Part shown: positions 8,879 to 18,761 of the stretch, one piece after another
Position numbering within the stretch: the stretch's first letter is position 1
How the letters are laid out: each line of letters opens with the position of its first letter
Source of the DNA: Candidatus Sulfotelmatobacter sp.
GTDB lineage: Bacteria > Acidobacteriota > Terriglobia > Terriglobales > Acidobacteriaceae
Assembly: GCA_030040965.1 (NCBI GenBank)
Contig: JASHOT010000280.1
Coordinates: forward strand, 9,420-73,419
Length of the DNA stretch: 64,000 bases
Direction of reading: 5' to 3'
Translations under genes and position numbers: made by a program
The notes under the pieces: generated by a model
Seen by the model: only the letters and a program-made list of their open reading frames with translations
The model's database searches: none
What the model was told of the DNA's origin: nothing

Positions 8879-9032
8879 GCCCTCGATAGCTTACTACGAC
8901 GAGAGGCAAAATGGGGCTCTGCGCGGGCTGGATTGAGGGTGTCTCTATTTGGAATGGGTTTCCAGCGGTCCCGTACGAGATATAGGTTTCTCGAAAAGGA
9001 CTTTCGAAGAATGTCGGACGATTTTTTGATCG

Positions 9033-10298
9033 TTAGGCGGCTCCGGTCGCGGCACGCTCGAGGGGCAGAACTACTGAAAAAGTGCTTCCCTTACCGATTG
9101 CGCTAGTCACATCGATACGACCTTGATGTTCTTCCACGATGCGTCGGGCAAGAGATAATCCCAGTCCGGTTCCATCGCCCTTGGTCGTGTAAAAGGGACG
9201 AAAAATGTTGGGCAGCGAACTGGGCGAGATGCCGCGCCCGTTGTCTTCGATTTCGACAACGGCGGTCATTCCTTGCTGCTTGACCGTAACTTCGATCTTG
9301 CCGTTCGCGTCGATCGCCTGCAGAGCATTGAGCAACAGGTTCAGCAGGACCTGATGAATCTGATCGCTGTCGTGCTCGATTTCTGGAAGGGAACTGTCCT
9401 TGTGCAGGATGATGTTGACCGATTTTGCCAGCGCTTGCTGACGTCCCAGCATGACCGCGTGTTCGACGGTGGTGTTCAGATCGCTTTTACGCACGGCGGG
9501 AGGATGTGGCCGCGCCGTCTGCAACAGATCACTCACAATATGATTGATCCGTGCGATCTCCTGTCGAACATCTTTCACGACCGCGCGCGCGGGACTGGTA
9601 GGGGGCAGATCGCGCCCTATGATTTCAATCACGCCTGCGATTCCTGCGAGCGGATTACGGATTTCATGAGCCAGGCCGGTCGCCAGTTCGCCGAGAGTGG
9701 CGAGGTGTTCAGCACGTGACATCTGGGTGCGGTGCAGCCGCTCGATTTCTTCGCGGCTTTCGCGCAACTGTTCGACCATCTGATTGAAGTTGCGGCCGAG
9801 ATCTCCGATTTCGTCATTGCGGCGCGAAAAACTCACCGATGCCGTCAGATCGCCCGCGCCCACACGCGAAATCTTCTGTTGCAGCTCGACCATCGGACGC
9901 TGCACTGTGTACGTGAGAACGACCAGCAAAGCCCCGCAGATGGCAACTGCACCCGCACCCGCGACCAACAACACGATATGCCGCTCCGGATCGCGCCAGG
10001 AAAGCGTCGCCAGAAGAAAAAGCAGAAGGCCGCCCAGCAGCACGCAGGCAATCGGGACCAGCGCTTTGATTTCCCAGTTTATGCCGAACCACGATAGTTC
10101 GGGATTCTCCATTTTTGGAGCGCCAATGTCTGCCATTGCCGTTCCCGTCGCGCTGGCGTACCCGGTGCTGAACGATCTCCGGCGGGTGGGAATGATGGAC
10201 TCTACGTCATCCGATTCGGGTTGTGGCGCGGGGCTCGTCATTTCCTTGTTTATCTCGTACCTGGCCGTGTTGTCTTCGACCGTCTCAGGCATAAGCAT
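9033..10298 (-). CDS. sensor histidine kinase with HAMP domain and almost no periplasmic loop (intramembrane-sensing type)
   Basis: Two TM helices separated by ~6 residues (RDPERH). HAMP domain, H-box LAHEIRNPL, and HATPase boxes DNGRGI and GTGLGLS. The start overlaps the ccsA stop by 14 nt. Confidence 0.85.
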   Translation of the reverse strand: MLMPETVEDNTARYEINKEMTSPAPQPESDDVESIIPTRRRSFSTGYASATGTAMADIGAPKMENPELSWFGINWEIKALVPIACVLLGGLLLFLLATLSWRDPERHIVLLVAGAGAVAICGALLVVLTYTVQRPMVELQQKISRVGAGDLTASVSFSRRNDEIGDLGRNFNQMVEQLRESREEIERLHRTQMSRAEHLATLGELATGLAHEIRNPLAGIAGVIEIIGRDLPPTSPARAVVKDVRQEIARINHIVSDLLQTARPHPPAVRKSDLNTTVEHAVMLGRQQALAKSVNIILHKDSSLPEIEHDSDQIHQVLLNLLLNALQAIDANGKIEVTVKQQGMTAVVEIEDNGRGISPSSLPNIFRPFYTTKGDGTGLGLSLARRIVEEHQGRIDVTSAIGKGSTFSVVLPLERAATGAA

Positions 10299-11718
10299 GC
10301 AATCCGGGGAGCAGGTACGTCACTCCGAAGAAGGTAAACATCACAACTGCGAAGCCTCCCACGGCAAAGTAGGCGGCGACGCGGCCTCTCATGCCACGCG
10401 TAATGCGCATGTGCAGATAGGCCGCGTACACCAGCCAGGTAATCGCCGCCCACGTCTCTTTGGGGTCCCAGTTCCAGTAGGAACCCCAGGCCCGATTGGC
10501 CCAGTAGGCGCCGGCGGCAATCATCAGGGTGAGCAGAGGGAAGGCAATGCAGATGGTTTTATAGGTGATGCGGTCCAGGTCGTCAGAGCCGGGCAGAAGC
10601 CGCTCCAAGTCCTGGCGCCGCCATAACAGCAACAGATAAAGCAGGTTGGCAAAGATTCCTCCGACCAGCGCCGAGAGAATGAATGGGCTCGCCGCCAGGC
10701 TGGTAGCGAAGAGGCCATCGGCATCGAGCGAAGGATAACGCCCGTCGCGCGCCCGCAGCACGAAAAACACCAGCGCGAGCGATTGCAGCAGGATGCTGAT
10801 GAACACGGCGCGATTCGCAGTTGCGATCAGGCCGTCGTTCTTCTTCGCCAACGCGAAAATGTAGAGCGCCAGGGGCGCGGCAACAGCGGCGAGAACCAGA
10901 ACCATCAGCCAGCCGAGATCGGGAATCGTCACGAACAGCCGCACTCCCCGCGAAAGAAAGACTTCCTGCTTGTTATCCGCGTCCCAGGCCACAACGTTCA
11001 GTCCGCCCCAGCGTTCGAAGCGAGTCAGTATCGCGGCATAAACTCCCACCGTAAAAATGCTGGTCGCGGCGAGGAAGGTCTCGGTCTTCATTTTGTCCTG
11101 GATAAGAAACATCATGGCAAGCGCGAAGCTCAGCGCGCAGGCCGCATAGGCGAGCATGGCCAGTGTGACGTGCACGTGCAGCCATGTAGATTGCAGCGCC
11201 GGGACGAGCGGCCGAACGTCGCTGCGCAGAAGCTGCATCAGCACCACTCCGACAATGGCGACGGGCATGGTGACCGTGCCGATAACTTTTACGCCGTAGC
11301 GTTTCTCGGCGATCAAGGTGAGCGCGGCCAGCGTCCATACAAAACTCAGCAGCATTTCATAGAGGCTGGCAAAGGGCGGATGTCCCGCCTCGTACCAGCG
11401 ATGCGCAACCGCGCCGGTATTGGCAATCAGCCCAGCCCAGGTCGAAAGCGAAGCAAACTTGATGTACGACTCGGTCCCGGTGACGCCGAATCCGAGATAT
11501 AGAGCTCCAGCGCCCGCGTAGAACACCAGAGCCGCGTAGAGCAGGTTGGCCTCACTGGCCAGATTTCCGTTTTTCACCACATTCAGGAACGCGATGAACA
11601 GTAGGAACGCGATGCTCAATCCCACCCCCACGACCAGCGTGGTGCCGTTTGCAGCTTCTGCGCGTCCTCTTGCGATCTCTGCTCTTGCCATATCCACAGT
11701 CCTCCGTTGCCGGCTCAT
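10285..11718 (-). CDS. ccsA: cytochrome c biogenesis System II haem-handling protein CcsA/ResC
   Basis: Polytopic membrane protein with the tryptophan-rich [14 protein letters not shown] motif. Sits directly after resB. Confidence 0.85.
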   Translation of the reverse strand: MSRQRRTVDMARAEIARGRAEAANGTTLVVGVGLSIAFLLFIAFLNVVKNGNLASEANLLYAALVFYAGAGALYLGFGVTGTESYIKFASLSTWAGLIANTGAVAHRWYEAGHPPFASLYEMLLSFVWTLAALTLIAEKRYGVKVIGTVTMPVAIVGVVLMQLLRSDVRPLVPALQSTWLHVHVTLAMLAYAACALSFALAMMFLIQDKMKTETFLAATSIFTVGVYAAILTRFERWGGLNVVAWDADNKQEVFLSRGVRLFVTIPDLGWLMVLVLAAVAAPLALYIFALAKKNDGLIATANRAVFISILLQSLALVFFVLRARDGRYPSLDADGLFATSLAASPFILSALVGGIFANLLYLLLLWRRQDLERLLPGSDDLDRITYKTICIAFPLLTLMIAAGAYWANRAWGSYWNWDPKETWAAITWLVYAAYLHMRITRGMRGRVAAYFAVGGFAVVMFTFFGVTYLLPGLHAYA

Positions 11719-11733
11719 CTTCCGGCGCGTGCG

Positions 11734-13185
11734 TTATCCTCGGATCGCCGCGGCTTTTGGTTCTTCAGCCGCTTCCGCCGATTTGGACTTCAGATCCTTC
11801 TGAATCTGCGCCACGACATCTTTAAACTTCTGCTCGAATGCGTCGCGGTTGCGGTTGGCCGTTCCTCCAACCCAGAGCATGGAGTGGCCGCGCGCGTCGA
11901 TGACCGGAACGACCCACAACCTCACGTGCGAGACGTAGAACACGAAGGTCAGGCCGATGGCCATCAGCACCACTCCGGCCCATACCGACCACTGTCCCGG
12001 CTCATGCGAAACCTGCAAGCCGGTGAACAGCCCCGTCTTCAGGTCTTTGGGCTGAAAAATGTAGGGGGAAGCTGCATTTTCCGCAAAGCCCTGAATCTCC
12101 GGAAGCCAGACATTGACTGCTTTGTTCGCCTTCTTTGAAGTCACGATCATGTGAACCGCGGGATTCACCACATCGTTGCTGCGCGCGTAGATGTGGCCAT
12201 CCTGGACGACGAAGTCGGGAATGAACTCAGTCAGTTCCACGGTTGTGTCGGAATCAAGCGGAACCGGCTGATTCAAAGAGAGCGCGATTTCCTGCGCCTT
12301 GCCGGTCTTTTCATCGATGGGTGTAACATCGAGCGTCAATTTGTCGAGCTTCCCGGTCTGACCGAAGCTGGACTGGTAGAAGCGGACACCGTGATAACTG
12401 AGAGGATCGTTTACGACGATTTCTTTGCGCGAAACTTCGCGCCCGTTCTCCACCACGGCCAGCTTCGACCACCATTTCTTGGGAGAACCGTCGGCGTAGG
12501 TTTCCTCCCCGGTGCCGTCGCAGCGGATGGAGAAGGGAATTGTTTTGGTGGTACCGGTCTTGATTTCGATCTGGTTGCTCGACGTTCCCGGAGTCAGCAT
12601 CAGAAACCCGCGCCAACCGTAGAGCGCGTCGACGATTCCGCCGAGGAAAATCAGGAGCAGGCTGGCATGCACGATGTAAACCGCCATCTCGGAAATTCGG
12701 TGGCGCTCGGAGAACAGCGAAAAACTGTCGGTGCGGACGATCCGCTCGGAATGAAAGCCCACATGCTTGAGAGCCCGCTCGGCGGCGCTCAATCCTTGCT
12801 CTTCGTCATCGATCCTGATCTGCGCCTGTGTCGGCAAGGCACGGCGGAAGATGTCGTCGGGACTCTTATAAGGCCGCGCGAAATAACGCCAGGCGTTGGG
12901 GAAGCGCTCGACCGAAGCCGCGATGATGCACAGGCTTACCAACACCAGGAGCGCGACAAACCAGCGCGCGTGGAACACGTCGGTCAGTCCGGTTACGTCC
13001 AGAAAGCGCAGCATAGCCGGAGAGTAAGCCCGCTGCATGTCGTCGGGATCGATCATTGGGCGCTGCAGAATCACCGTGCCCGCAGCGGAAAAGATGACGC
13101 ACAAGATAATGAGAATCACGCCGGTCTTGATCGAACTCAGCGTCCGCCACAGTTTTCGTGGTGCAGTTTTCATTGACAGGGCCAT
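11734..13185 (-). CDS. resB: cytochrome c biogenesis System II protein ResB/Ccs1
   Basis: N-terminal TM helices, a large extracytoplasmic domain and a C-terminal TM. Adjacent to ccsA. SD GAGGAAG before the ATG at 13185. Confidence 0.8.
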   Translation of the reverse strand: MALSMKTAPRKLWRTLSSIKTGVILIILCVIFSAAGTVILQRPMIDPDDMQRAYSPAMLRFLDVTGLTDVFHARWFVALLVLVSLCIIAASVERFPNAWRYFARPYKSPDDIFRRALPTQAQIRIDDEEQGLSAAERALKHVGFHSERIVRTDSFSLFSERHRISEMAVYIVHASLLLIFLGGIVDALYGWRGFLMLTPGTSSNQIEIKTGTTKTIPFSIRCDGTGEETYADGSPKKWWSKLAVVENGREVSRKEIVVNDPLSYHGVRFYQSSFGQTGKLDKLTLDVTPIDEKTGKAQEIALSLNQPVPLDSDTTVELTEFIPDFVVQDGHIYARSNDVVNPAVHMIVTSKKANKAVNVWLPEIQGFAENAASPYIFQPKDLKTGLFTGLQVSHEPGQWSVWAGVVLMAIGLTFVFYVSHVRLWVVPVIDARGHSMLWVGGTANRNRDAFEQKFKDVVAQIQKDLKSKSAEAAEEPKAAAIRG

Positions 13186-13226
13186 TGGTCTTCCTCGTTC
13201 CCGCGCTCTTCGTCCGATGGGACGAT

Positions 13227-13243
13227 TGCACGTGCCCCGCCAA
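13227..13243 (-). promoter_or_regulatory. sigma-54-type promoter candidate TTGG-CGGGGCA-CGTGCA upstream of resB-ccsA-HK-EBP
   Basis: Exact GG-N10-GC spacing on the minus strand. The GC lies 43 nt before the resB ATG. Motif shared with 2300, 31963 and 32915. Confidence 0.55.
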
Positions 13244-13351
13244 CTCGGGCTGAATCATTAACATCCGCTGAATCAATGTCTTGAAGATTGTTTCTGCAAG
13301 GAAGAGCGAGTTGGAATGAGCCAATACACTCATTCCCGCCGGAATTCATGT

Positions 13352-13420
13352 TGTGATTTCACCCACTGCAAGTCCTGTGATTTCAATCACAAATCCGGGA
13401 ATGAGCTGTGTTATTTCACC
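13352..13420. promoter_or_regulatory. operator/UAS array: perfect 16-mer TGTGATTTCAATCACA (13376-13391) flanked by two half-site-like copies (TGTGATTTCAC at 13352, TGTGTTATTTCAC at 13407)
   Basis: Read directly. Located in the divergent resB / cytochrome operon control region. The same 16-mer occurs at 33140 and as its reverse complement at 28099. Confidence 0.6.
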
Positions 13421-13592
13421 AGTTCGATTGCGGGAGAAGGCCCATTCGTACTACGCCACTGGGTACTGTGGAAATCGGCATCAGTCGGTGATGAGTTTCT
13501 CATCTGCTTTGTTTGCAGTTATTTGCGGAAATTCCACAGACTGAGGGATTTGGCCACAGGTAAGGGCACGCGCATGCACATGCAGAAGTGGC

Positions 13593-15116
13593 ATGTTCCG
13601 CGAGATCTCAAATCGCAGCCTTCCCAAAGTAACCGGCGAAAGCGCCCTCCCCCGATTTCTGAAACTCGCGGCTGTTCTGTTCCTTGCGGTCACGCCGGCG
13701 CTGGCCAAGACACATCCGGTGCCCCTCGATAAGAATGTCGACTCCGCCAAGTGCGTGGAATGCCATGAAGACAGGACCAAAGGCAAGGCGGTCCACTCCG
13801 CCATTGCCATGGGATGTCTGAGCTGCCACGAAGTGCGCGTGACCCGCGACGTAACTCGGGTCAAGCTGAAGACCACGACGACCCAAGCCCTTTGTCTGAG
13901 CTGCCATGATGATAAGAAAGTCCAGGCGGGGCAGACGATGCATCCGCCGGCGGTTCGCGATTGCATCAAGTGCCATGATCCGCACGAGTCCGATAATCCC
14001 AACCAGCTGCTGAGGGCGATTTCCGGTACAACGCGGGACGACAATCTTTGCCTGTCATGCCACAACGTTGGGGTGAACGTGCCGAAAGATGGCAGCCGGC
14101 ACGCCGCGCTCGATATGGGATGCGACAGCTGCCACGTCACCCACAAGAACGGCGAGCGGGGAAAGATCGAGTTTGAAGCGCACTTAAAGAAAGCAGTTCC
14201 CGACCTGTGCGTCGATTGCCACGACGTAAAAGATGCCGCCCTGCAGAAGACGCATGCCGGACAGCCCTTCGATAAGGCGAACTGCCTGCAATGCCACAAT
14301 CCACACGAGTCGGCGAAGCCCAAGTTGATGCAGACTTTCCTGCACAACCCCTTCGAAAACAAGATGTGCGACACCTGCCATCAGCCGGCGAAGGACGGCA
14401 AGGTGGTTCTGACCAGCTCCGACAGCAAGGCGCTGTGCGTGACCTGCCACGACGATCAGGCAAAGAAAATCGACACGGCAAAGGTGCAGCATCCAGGCGC
14501 GCAGGGTGATTGCGTGACCTGCCACAACCCGCACGCGGGAAAGTCGCCGGGCTTCCTGCAGCCCGATCCGGTGCAGGCGTGCCTGGCCTGCCACAGCGAC
14601 CAAGCCGATCAGATGAAGAAGGCGCACCTGCATCAGCCGGCGTTCCAGCAGGGATGCGCGACCTGTCACGAGCCGCATGGTGGGGAAAATGACCACCTGC
14701 TGCGGGCGGCCAATGTCAACAAGCTCTGTCTCGAGTGCCACGGGCCGGATGCGAATCCGCAGAAGGTCGAGAGCGAGCATCTGGTCACGATCTTCAACGG
14801 CGGCGTGAAGCTCCCGGAGGACTACTTCCGCAAAGTGATCCAGCTGCCCATTCAATACGGCCATGGTCACCCGGTCGATCGGCATCCGGTCTCCGACATC
14901 ATGGATCCGAAAGACCAGAGCAAAGTTCTAAAGCCCATCAACTGCCTGACCTGCCATCAGCCGCACTCGGGAGCGAATGCGGGAATGCTGGCGAAGGATC
15001 AGCCAAACAACATGGCGTTCTGCATGACCTGTCATGCCGACCTGAATTCAGGTGGGCAGCCGGCGCAGAACGCGCAGCCGACAGCACCGAAGGCGCAAGG
15101 CGGGACCACAAAATGA
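13593..15116 (+). CDS. 16-haem c-type cytochrome (periplasmic, c7/c3-like repeats)
   Basis: 16 CXXCH motifs counted in 507 aa, many as CxxCH.PH. N-terminal hydrophobic signal segment LKLAAVLFLAVTPALA. Confidence 0.9.
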   Translation: MFREISNRSLPKVTGESALPRFLKLAAVLFLAVTPALAKTHPVPLDKNVDSAKCVECHEDRTKGKAVHSAIAMGCLSCHEVRVTRDVTRVKLKTTTTQALCLSCHDDKKVQAGQTMHPPAVRDCIKCHDPHESDNPNQLLRAISGTTRDDNLCLSCHNVGVNVPKDGSRHAALDMGCDSCHVTHKNGERGKIEFEAHLKKAVPDLCVDCHDVKDAALQKTHAGQPFDKANCLQCHNPHESAKPKLMQTFLHNPFENKMCDTCHQPAKDGKVVLTSSDSKALCVTCHDDQAKKIDTAKVQHPGAQGDCVTCHNPHAGKSPGFLQPDPVQACLACHSDQADQMKKAHLHQPAFQQGCATCHEPHGGENDHLLRAANVNKLCLECHGPDANPQKVESEHLVTIFNGGVKLPEDYFRKVIQLPIQYGHGHPVDRHPVSDIMDPKDQSKVLKPINCLTCHQPHSGANAGMLAKDQPNNMAFCMTCHADLNSGGQPAQNAQPTAPKAQGGTTK

Positions 15117-16372
15117 CATCCAGAAATCGCAAACAAGTTGGAATGGCGGCGATGCTGGGCGTACTGCTCTCGTTAGGCCTGGCCGCTCCGCTCCATGCCG
15201 ACAAGAAAAAGAAAGACGACCCGAACGCGGCGGCAAAGAAGACGGTGCTCGAGGAAATCGACTATTCGAAGCTGGTGTGGCCCAATCCACCGGCTCCGAC
15301 GCGGGTGAAGTATCTGAATTATTTCTGCTGCGACAAGTACGTGGCCGCCGCGCCCAAGCAGAAGTCTTCGTGGATGGATCGCATGGCCGGCGCCGACAGC
15401 GCGCAGCAGAAGCAGCTGGATAAGCCGCTGTTCGCGCTGTGGACGCCGTACGGCATCGCGGTCGACTCGAAGGGAACGGTCTACGCCGCCGACGGCAAGG
15501 TGGGCGCGATCTTCATGTTCAACACCGAGACCAAGGAGCTGACGATGATCAAGAACGGGGTGCAGGCGCACTTCGGCGACATCATCGGGCTGGCCATCGA
15601 CGATGCCGACCGGCTCTTCGTCTCCGACACCAAGTTTCACCGCATTCTGGTGCTCGATAAGGACCACAAGGTGGAAGGCGCGATCAGCGAGGGAAATCTG
15701 GTCGATCCGGCCGGAATGGCCATCGACAACGAAAACCGCTTCCTCTACGTGGCCGATGCCGGACGCGACCAGGTCATGGTTTACGACGCCGACAAGCTCA
15801 ACCTGCTGCGCACCATCGGCACGGCCGGCAAGAAGCACACGCTGACCGAAGCCGGGCAGTTCTCGGCGCCGACCAACGTGGCGCTCGACGCCGACAACAA
15901 CCTGTACGTCACCGACATGTTCAATAACCGCGTCGAGGTCTTCGACGCCGACGGGAACTTCATCCGGGCATGGGGAAAATCGGGCGACCGGCCGGGATAC
16001 TTCACTCGGCCGAAGGGAATCGCCATTGACGCTGACGGTCACGTCTGGGTTGCCGACGGCCAGCTCGACATACTGCAGGTTTACACGCAGGACGGGCAAT
16101 TTCTGATGTGGATGGGCGGGCACGGCTTGTTCCCAGGACAGTTCCGGGCGCTGGCCGGGCTCTATATCGACAAGAACAACCGGATTTTCACCTCCGAGCA
16201 GTATCCCGGGCGGGTGCAGATGTTCCGCTACTTCACCGATGACGAGGCGAGGGCGCAGATCAAGCAACGCCAGGCGGAGGTTGACAAGAAGAGATCGGAG
16301 GGGCCTAAAGCGGCAGCCGCGGACACTGCGGCCACTTCGTCCCCTGCGAGTTCTGCGGCAAAACCGCAATAG
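15113..16372 (+). CDS. NHL-repeat six-bladed beta-propeller protein (secreted)
   Basis: ATGA overlap with the upstream stop. Signal peptide MAAMLGVLLSLGLAAPLHA. Repeated blades such as LYVTDMFNNRVEVFD and VWVADGQLDILQVY. The track ORF start at 14735 is a spurious 5' extension. Confidence 0.85.
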   Translation: MTSRNRKQVGMAAMLGVLLSLGLAAPLHADKKKKDDPNAAAKKTVLEEIDYSKLVWPNPPAPTRVKYLNYFCCDKYVAAAPKQKSSWMDRMAGADSAQQKQLDKPLFALWTPYGIAVDSKGTVYAADGKVGAIFMFNTETKELTMIKNGVQAHFGDIIGLAIDDADRLFVSDTKFHRILVLDKDHKVEGAISEGNLVDPAGMAIDNENRFLYVADAGRDQVMVYDADKLNLLRTIGTAGKKHTLTEAGQFSAPTNVALDADNNLYVTDMFNNRVEVFDADGNFIRAWGKSGDRPGYFTRPKGIAIDADGHVWVADGQLDILQVYTQDGQFLMWMGGHGLFPGQFRALAGLYIDKNNRIFTSEQYPGRVQMFRYFTDDEARAQIKQRQAEVDKKRSEGPKAAAADTAATSSPASSAAKPQ

Positions 16373-16401
16373 GGTTTGGCTGTTCCGCGGATAGCCAAAC
16401 C
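16373..16401 (+). other. intra-operon stem-loop GGTTTGGCT-N11-AGCCAAACC with no U-tract
   Basis: 9-bp perfect stem immediately after the NHL gene stop, in the only sizeable gap (122 nt) of the operon. Confidence 0.3.
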
Positions 16402-16494
16402 GGGGCTGGTGCAAGCCGGCTCCGGGCTGCAAGCGCAGTAATAGAAGTAGCGGTGGAAGTAACAGCTGTTACAAAACAGGAGGTTTCATACGGT

Positions 16495-17517
16495 ATGAAA
16501 AAGCTACTCTTTGTAATGTTCGTGGTTATGCTCGCGGTCGGAATGGCTGCGGCGCAAAGTTACACAGCTGGCGGCGGCACGGGATTGTACGGTATTGATA
16601 TCCTGGGCGCCCACCAGAATGGCGGACGTGGTTGCGCTGGCTGCCATGCTCCGCACAGCGGCGCAGCGGGCGGCGGCGGCAACGCGGCCACCAACGCGGC
16701 TGCATTCAACGATCCTCTCTCCGGCAGCGCGGCGCTGTTCGGACAAGATGTAACTCCTCTGTTGGGATACACCATCACCCTGGGGAACGGCTATGTTGAG
16801 ACGCTGCCTGGCGAAGCGACCGCTTACACCACGCAGACCGCCGAACTGGAAGGCATCACCATGTGCCTGGCTTGCCATGACGGCGTGGTTGCGAAGGGCC
16901 AGATGATGAACGGCCAATCGTGGGAGCAGAGAATGGGTCTGCTGCCTTCGACCGTGTACGGAACCCGTCCCATCCCGACGCTGCTCGGCAACGATAGCGG
17001 CGACGGCAACACCAGCGGATACGGCAACGATCACCCGGTGGGCGTGCAGGCCACTTTGGCTGCCGTGGGTGCGTGGAGCAACAACGCCACGACCAGCCCG
17101 TTGACCATCACGATCAACGCCAACGGCGCGATCAGCAACATCGTTCCCAACAACGCTGCGTATGTGGCGTTCAATGCCAACTACGGCTATCCGGCCATCG
17201 CCGGCAGCCGCTGGGGTTGGGGCGTTTCTGTTCCCGCTGGAGCAACCAGTGGCGGACAGGCGTTCCTGACCTGCACCACCTGCCACAACCAGCATGCGAT
17301 GTATGTCTACACTGCCCCGGCCGGCAAGCAGACCGGCGCTTCGATCGCGGGCGGCGGATATTATCCGACGTACTTCTTCATCAACTCGCCCTATAACCCG
17401 GGCGCGGGCAACACCAACCCGAACGTGGCGGTTTCGACGACGCAGTTCTGCCGTCAGTGCCACGTGACGGAGTCAAACGAGTACGCCGGCATCACCACGG
17501 TCACCACGCAGTACTAA
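16495..17517 (+). CDS. tetrahaem c-type cytochrome, Gly/Ala/Thr/Asn-rich and loop-dominated (340 aa)
   Basis: 4 CXXCH motifs (CAGCH, CLACH, CTTCH, CRQCH). AGGAGG lies 11 nt before the ATG at 16495. Signal peptide MKKLLFVMFVVMLAVGMAAAQ. Confidence 0.85.
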   Translation: MKKLLFVMFVVMLAVGMAAAQSYTAGGGTGLYGIDILGAHQNGGRGCAGCHAPHSGAAGGGGNAATNAAAFNDPLSGSAALFGQDVTPLLGYTITLGNGYVETLPGEATAYTTQTAELEGITMCLACHDGVVAKGQMMNGQSWEQRMGLLPSTVYGTRPIPTLLGNDSGDGNTSGYGNDHPVGVQATLAAVGAWSNNATTSPLTITINANGAISNIVPNNAAYVAFNANYGYPAIAGSRWGWGVSVPAGATSGGQAFLTCTTCHNQHAMYVYTAPAGKQTGASIAGGGYYPTYFFINSPYNPGAGNTNPNVAVSTTQFCRQCHVTESNEYAGITTVTTQY

Positions 17518-17583
17518 CCGTTGAAATGGGGGAGGGAGATGGTCTCTCCCCCGTTTTTCCAGAGCTCGATTGAAGGAATCGCA

Positions 17584-18672
17584 ATGAAATGCCAAGTGGG
17601 GTGGGTGATGACGGGGATAAAGGCAGCGACGAGATTAGGAATGACGATGGGAGTGGTGCTCGGCCTGGCGCTTTGTGGGAGCGCGCAGGTGGTGGCCTCG
17701 CATGCTCCAACGCTGGCTGCGCCCGCGGCGGGCAATACGGCGGCGGCGACGCCGGTCACAGTGACTGCGCCCTCGAGCGGGCAACCGGTGGTGAAGGTGA
17801 ATGGAGCAGTCCTGACCGATCGCGACCTGCTGCGCGAAGAAGAGACGATTTTCCCTTACGCGAACATTCATAACGGCTCGATGCCGAAGGCGATGGAGCC
17901 GGAGATGCGCAAGGGCGCGATGGAAATGATCATCTTCGAAGAGTTGCTCTACCAGGAGGCGCTGCGCGAGAAGCGGACGGTGCCGGCCGAGCAGTTGCAG
18001 CGGGCGGAAGTGGAGTTTCGCAAGCAGTTTGCCACCGATGAGGAATTCAAGCAGGTATTGCAGAACGAAGTGCACGGTTCGAAGCAGCTGATGCGGGAGA
18101 AGATTCGCCGCTCGCTGCTGATCGACGAGATGCTGAAGACGGAAGTGCGCGACAAGGCGAAGGTGAGCGAGGCGGGGGCGCGGGCGTATTACGGCGCGAA
18201 TCCGAAGAAGTTCGAGCACAAGGAGATGTTCGCGATCCAGACGATTTCGATCATTCCGCCGCAGAATGCGAATCCCGACGTGGTCGAGGAAGCGCGCAAG
18301 AAGGCGCAGAACGCGTTGAAACAGGCGAAGGCGACCAAGAGTTATCAGGAGTTCGGCCTGCTGGCGGAAAAGATCTCGGACGATGACTGGCACGTGAACA
18401 TGGGCGACCGCAAGGCGGTGGAACGGGAAACGCTGCCTCCGCAGATTGTCGCCGCGGCGCTGGTTATGAAGCCGGGGCAGGTGAGCGATCTGATTCAGTT
18501 GGGGCCGGCGTACACGCTGTTCCGGCTGAACAAGCACATTCCGGCGGGCGCGGCGCCGTTTGAGGAAGTGAAAGCGAAGCTGATTACGGATCTGGAAAAG
18601 GAAAGAACCGAACAGCTTCGTTCGGCGCTCGACAAGAAACTGAGAAAGACGGCCAAGATTGAGGTTCTGTGA
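17584..18672 (+). CDS. SurA/PpiD-like periplasmic chaperone with parvulin-type peptidyl-prolyl isomerase domain
   Basis: Signal-like N-terminus. SurA-N-like helical region followed by a parvulin-like segment (...FAIQTISI...MGDRKAV...GQVSDLIQLGPAYTLFRL). The start was chosen at the ATG with GAAGGA upstream. 17521 and 17608 are alternatives. Confidence 0.75.
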   Translation: MKCQVGWVMTGIKAATRLGMTMGVVLGLALCGSAQVVASHAPTLAAPAAGNTAAATPVTVTAPSSGQPVVKVNGAVLTDRDLLREEETIFPYANIHNGSMPKAMEPEMRKGAMEMIIFEELLYQEALREKRTVPAEQLQRAEVEFRKQFATDEEFKQVLQNEVHGSKQLMREKIRRSLLIDEMLKTEVRDKAKVSEAGARAYYGANPKKFEHKEMFAIQTISIIPPQNANPDVVEEARKKAQNALKQAKATKSYQEFGLLAEKISDDDWHVNMGDRKAVERETLPPQIVAAALVMKPGQVSDLIQLGPAYTLFRLNKHIPAGAAPFEEVKAKLITDLEKERTEQLRSALDKKLRKTAKIEVL

Positions 18673-18761
18673 AGCGGGCAGCCAATGGCGCATGGAGATT
18701 GATGTGGAAGTTGCGCCAGGGCATGGGGGAAGAAATCAGGTGGGGCATGCCGCGGGAATGG

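Noticed and set aside
14735-15112. 5' extensions of track ORFs: 14735 for the NHL gene, 2219 for hemA, 27899 for the giant NHL gene, 41697 for the methyltransferase, 40882 for the GT2, 33912 for the SGNH gene and 47225 for the mutase.
   Set aside because: The extensions overlap upstream genes or lack family similarity. Internal ATGs with signal peptides, SD sequences or family-typical N-termini fit better.
16402-16450. Sigma-54-like strings CTGGTGCAAGCCGGC and GGCTCCGGGCTGCA before the tetrahaem gene.
   Set aside because: Both have GG-N9-GC spacing, one nucleotide short.
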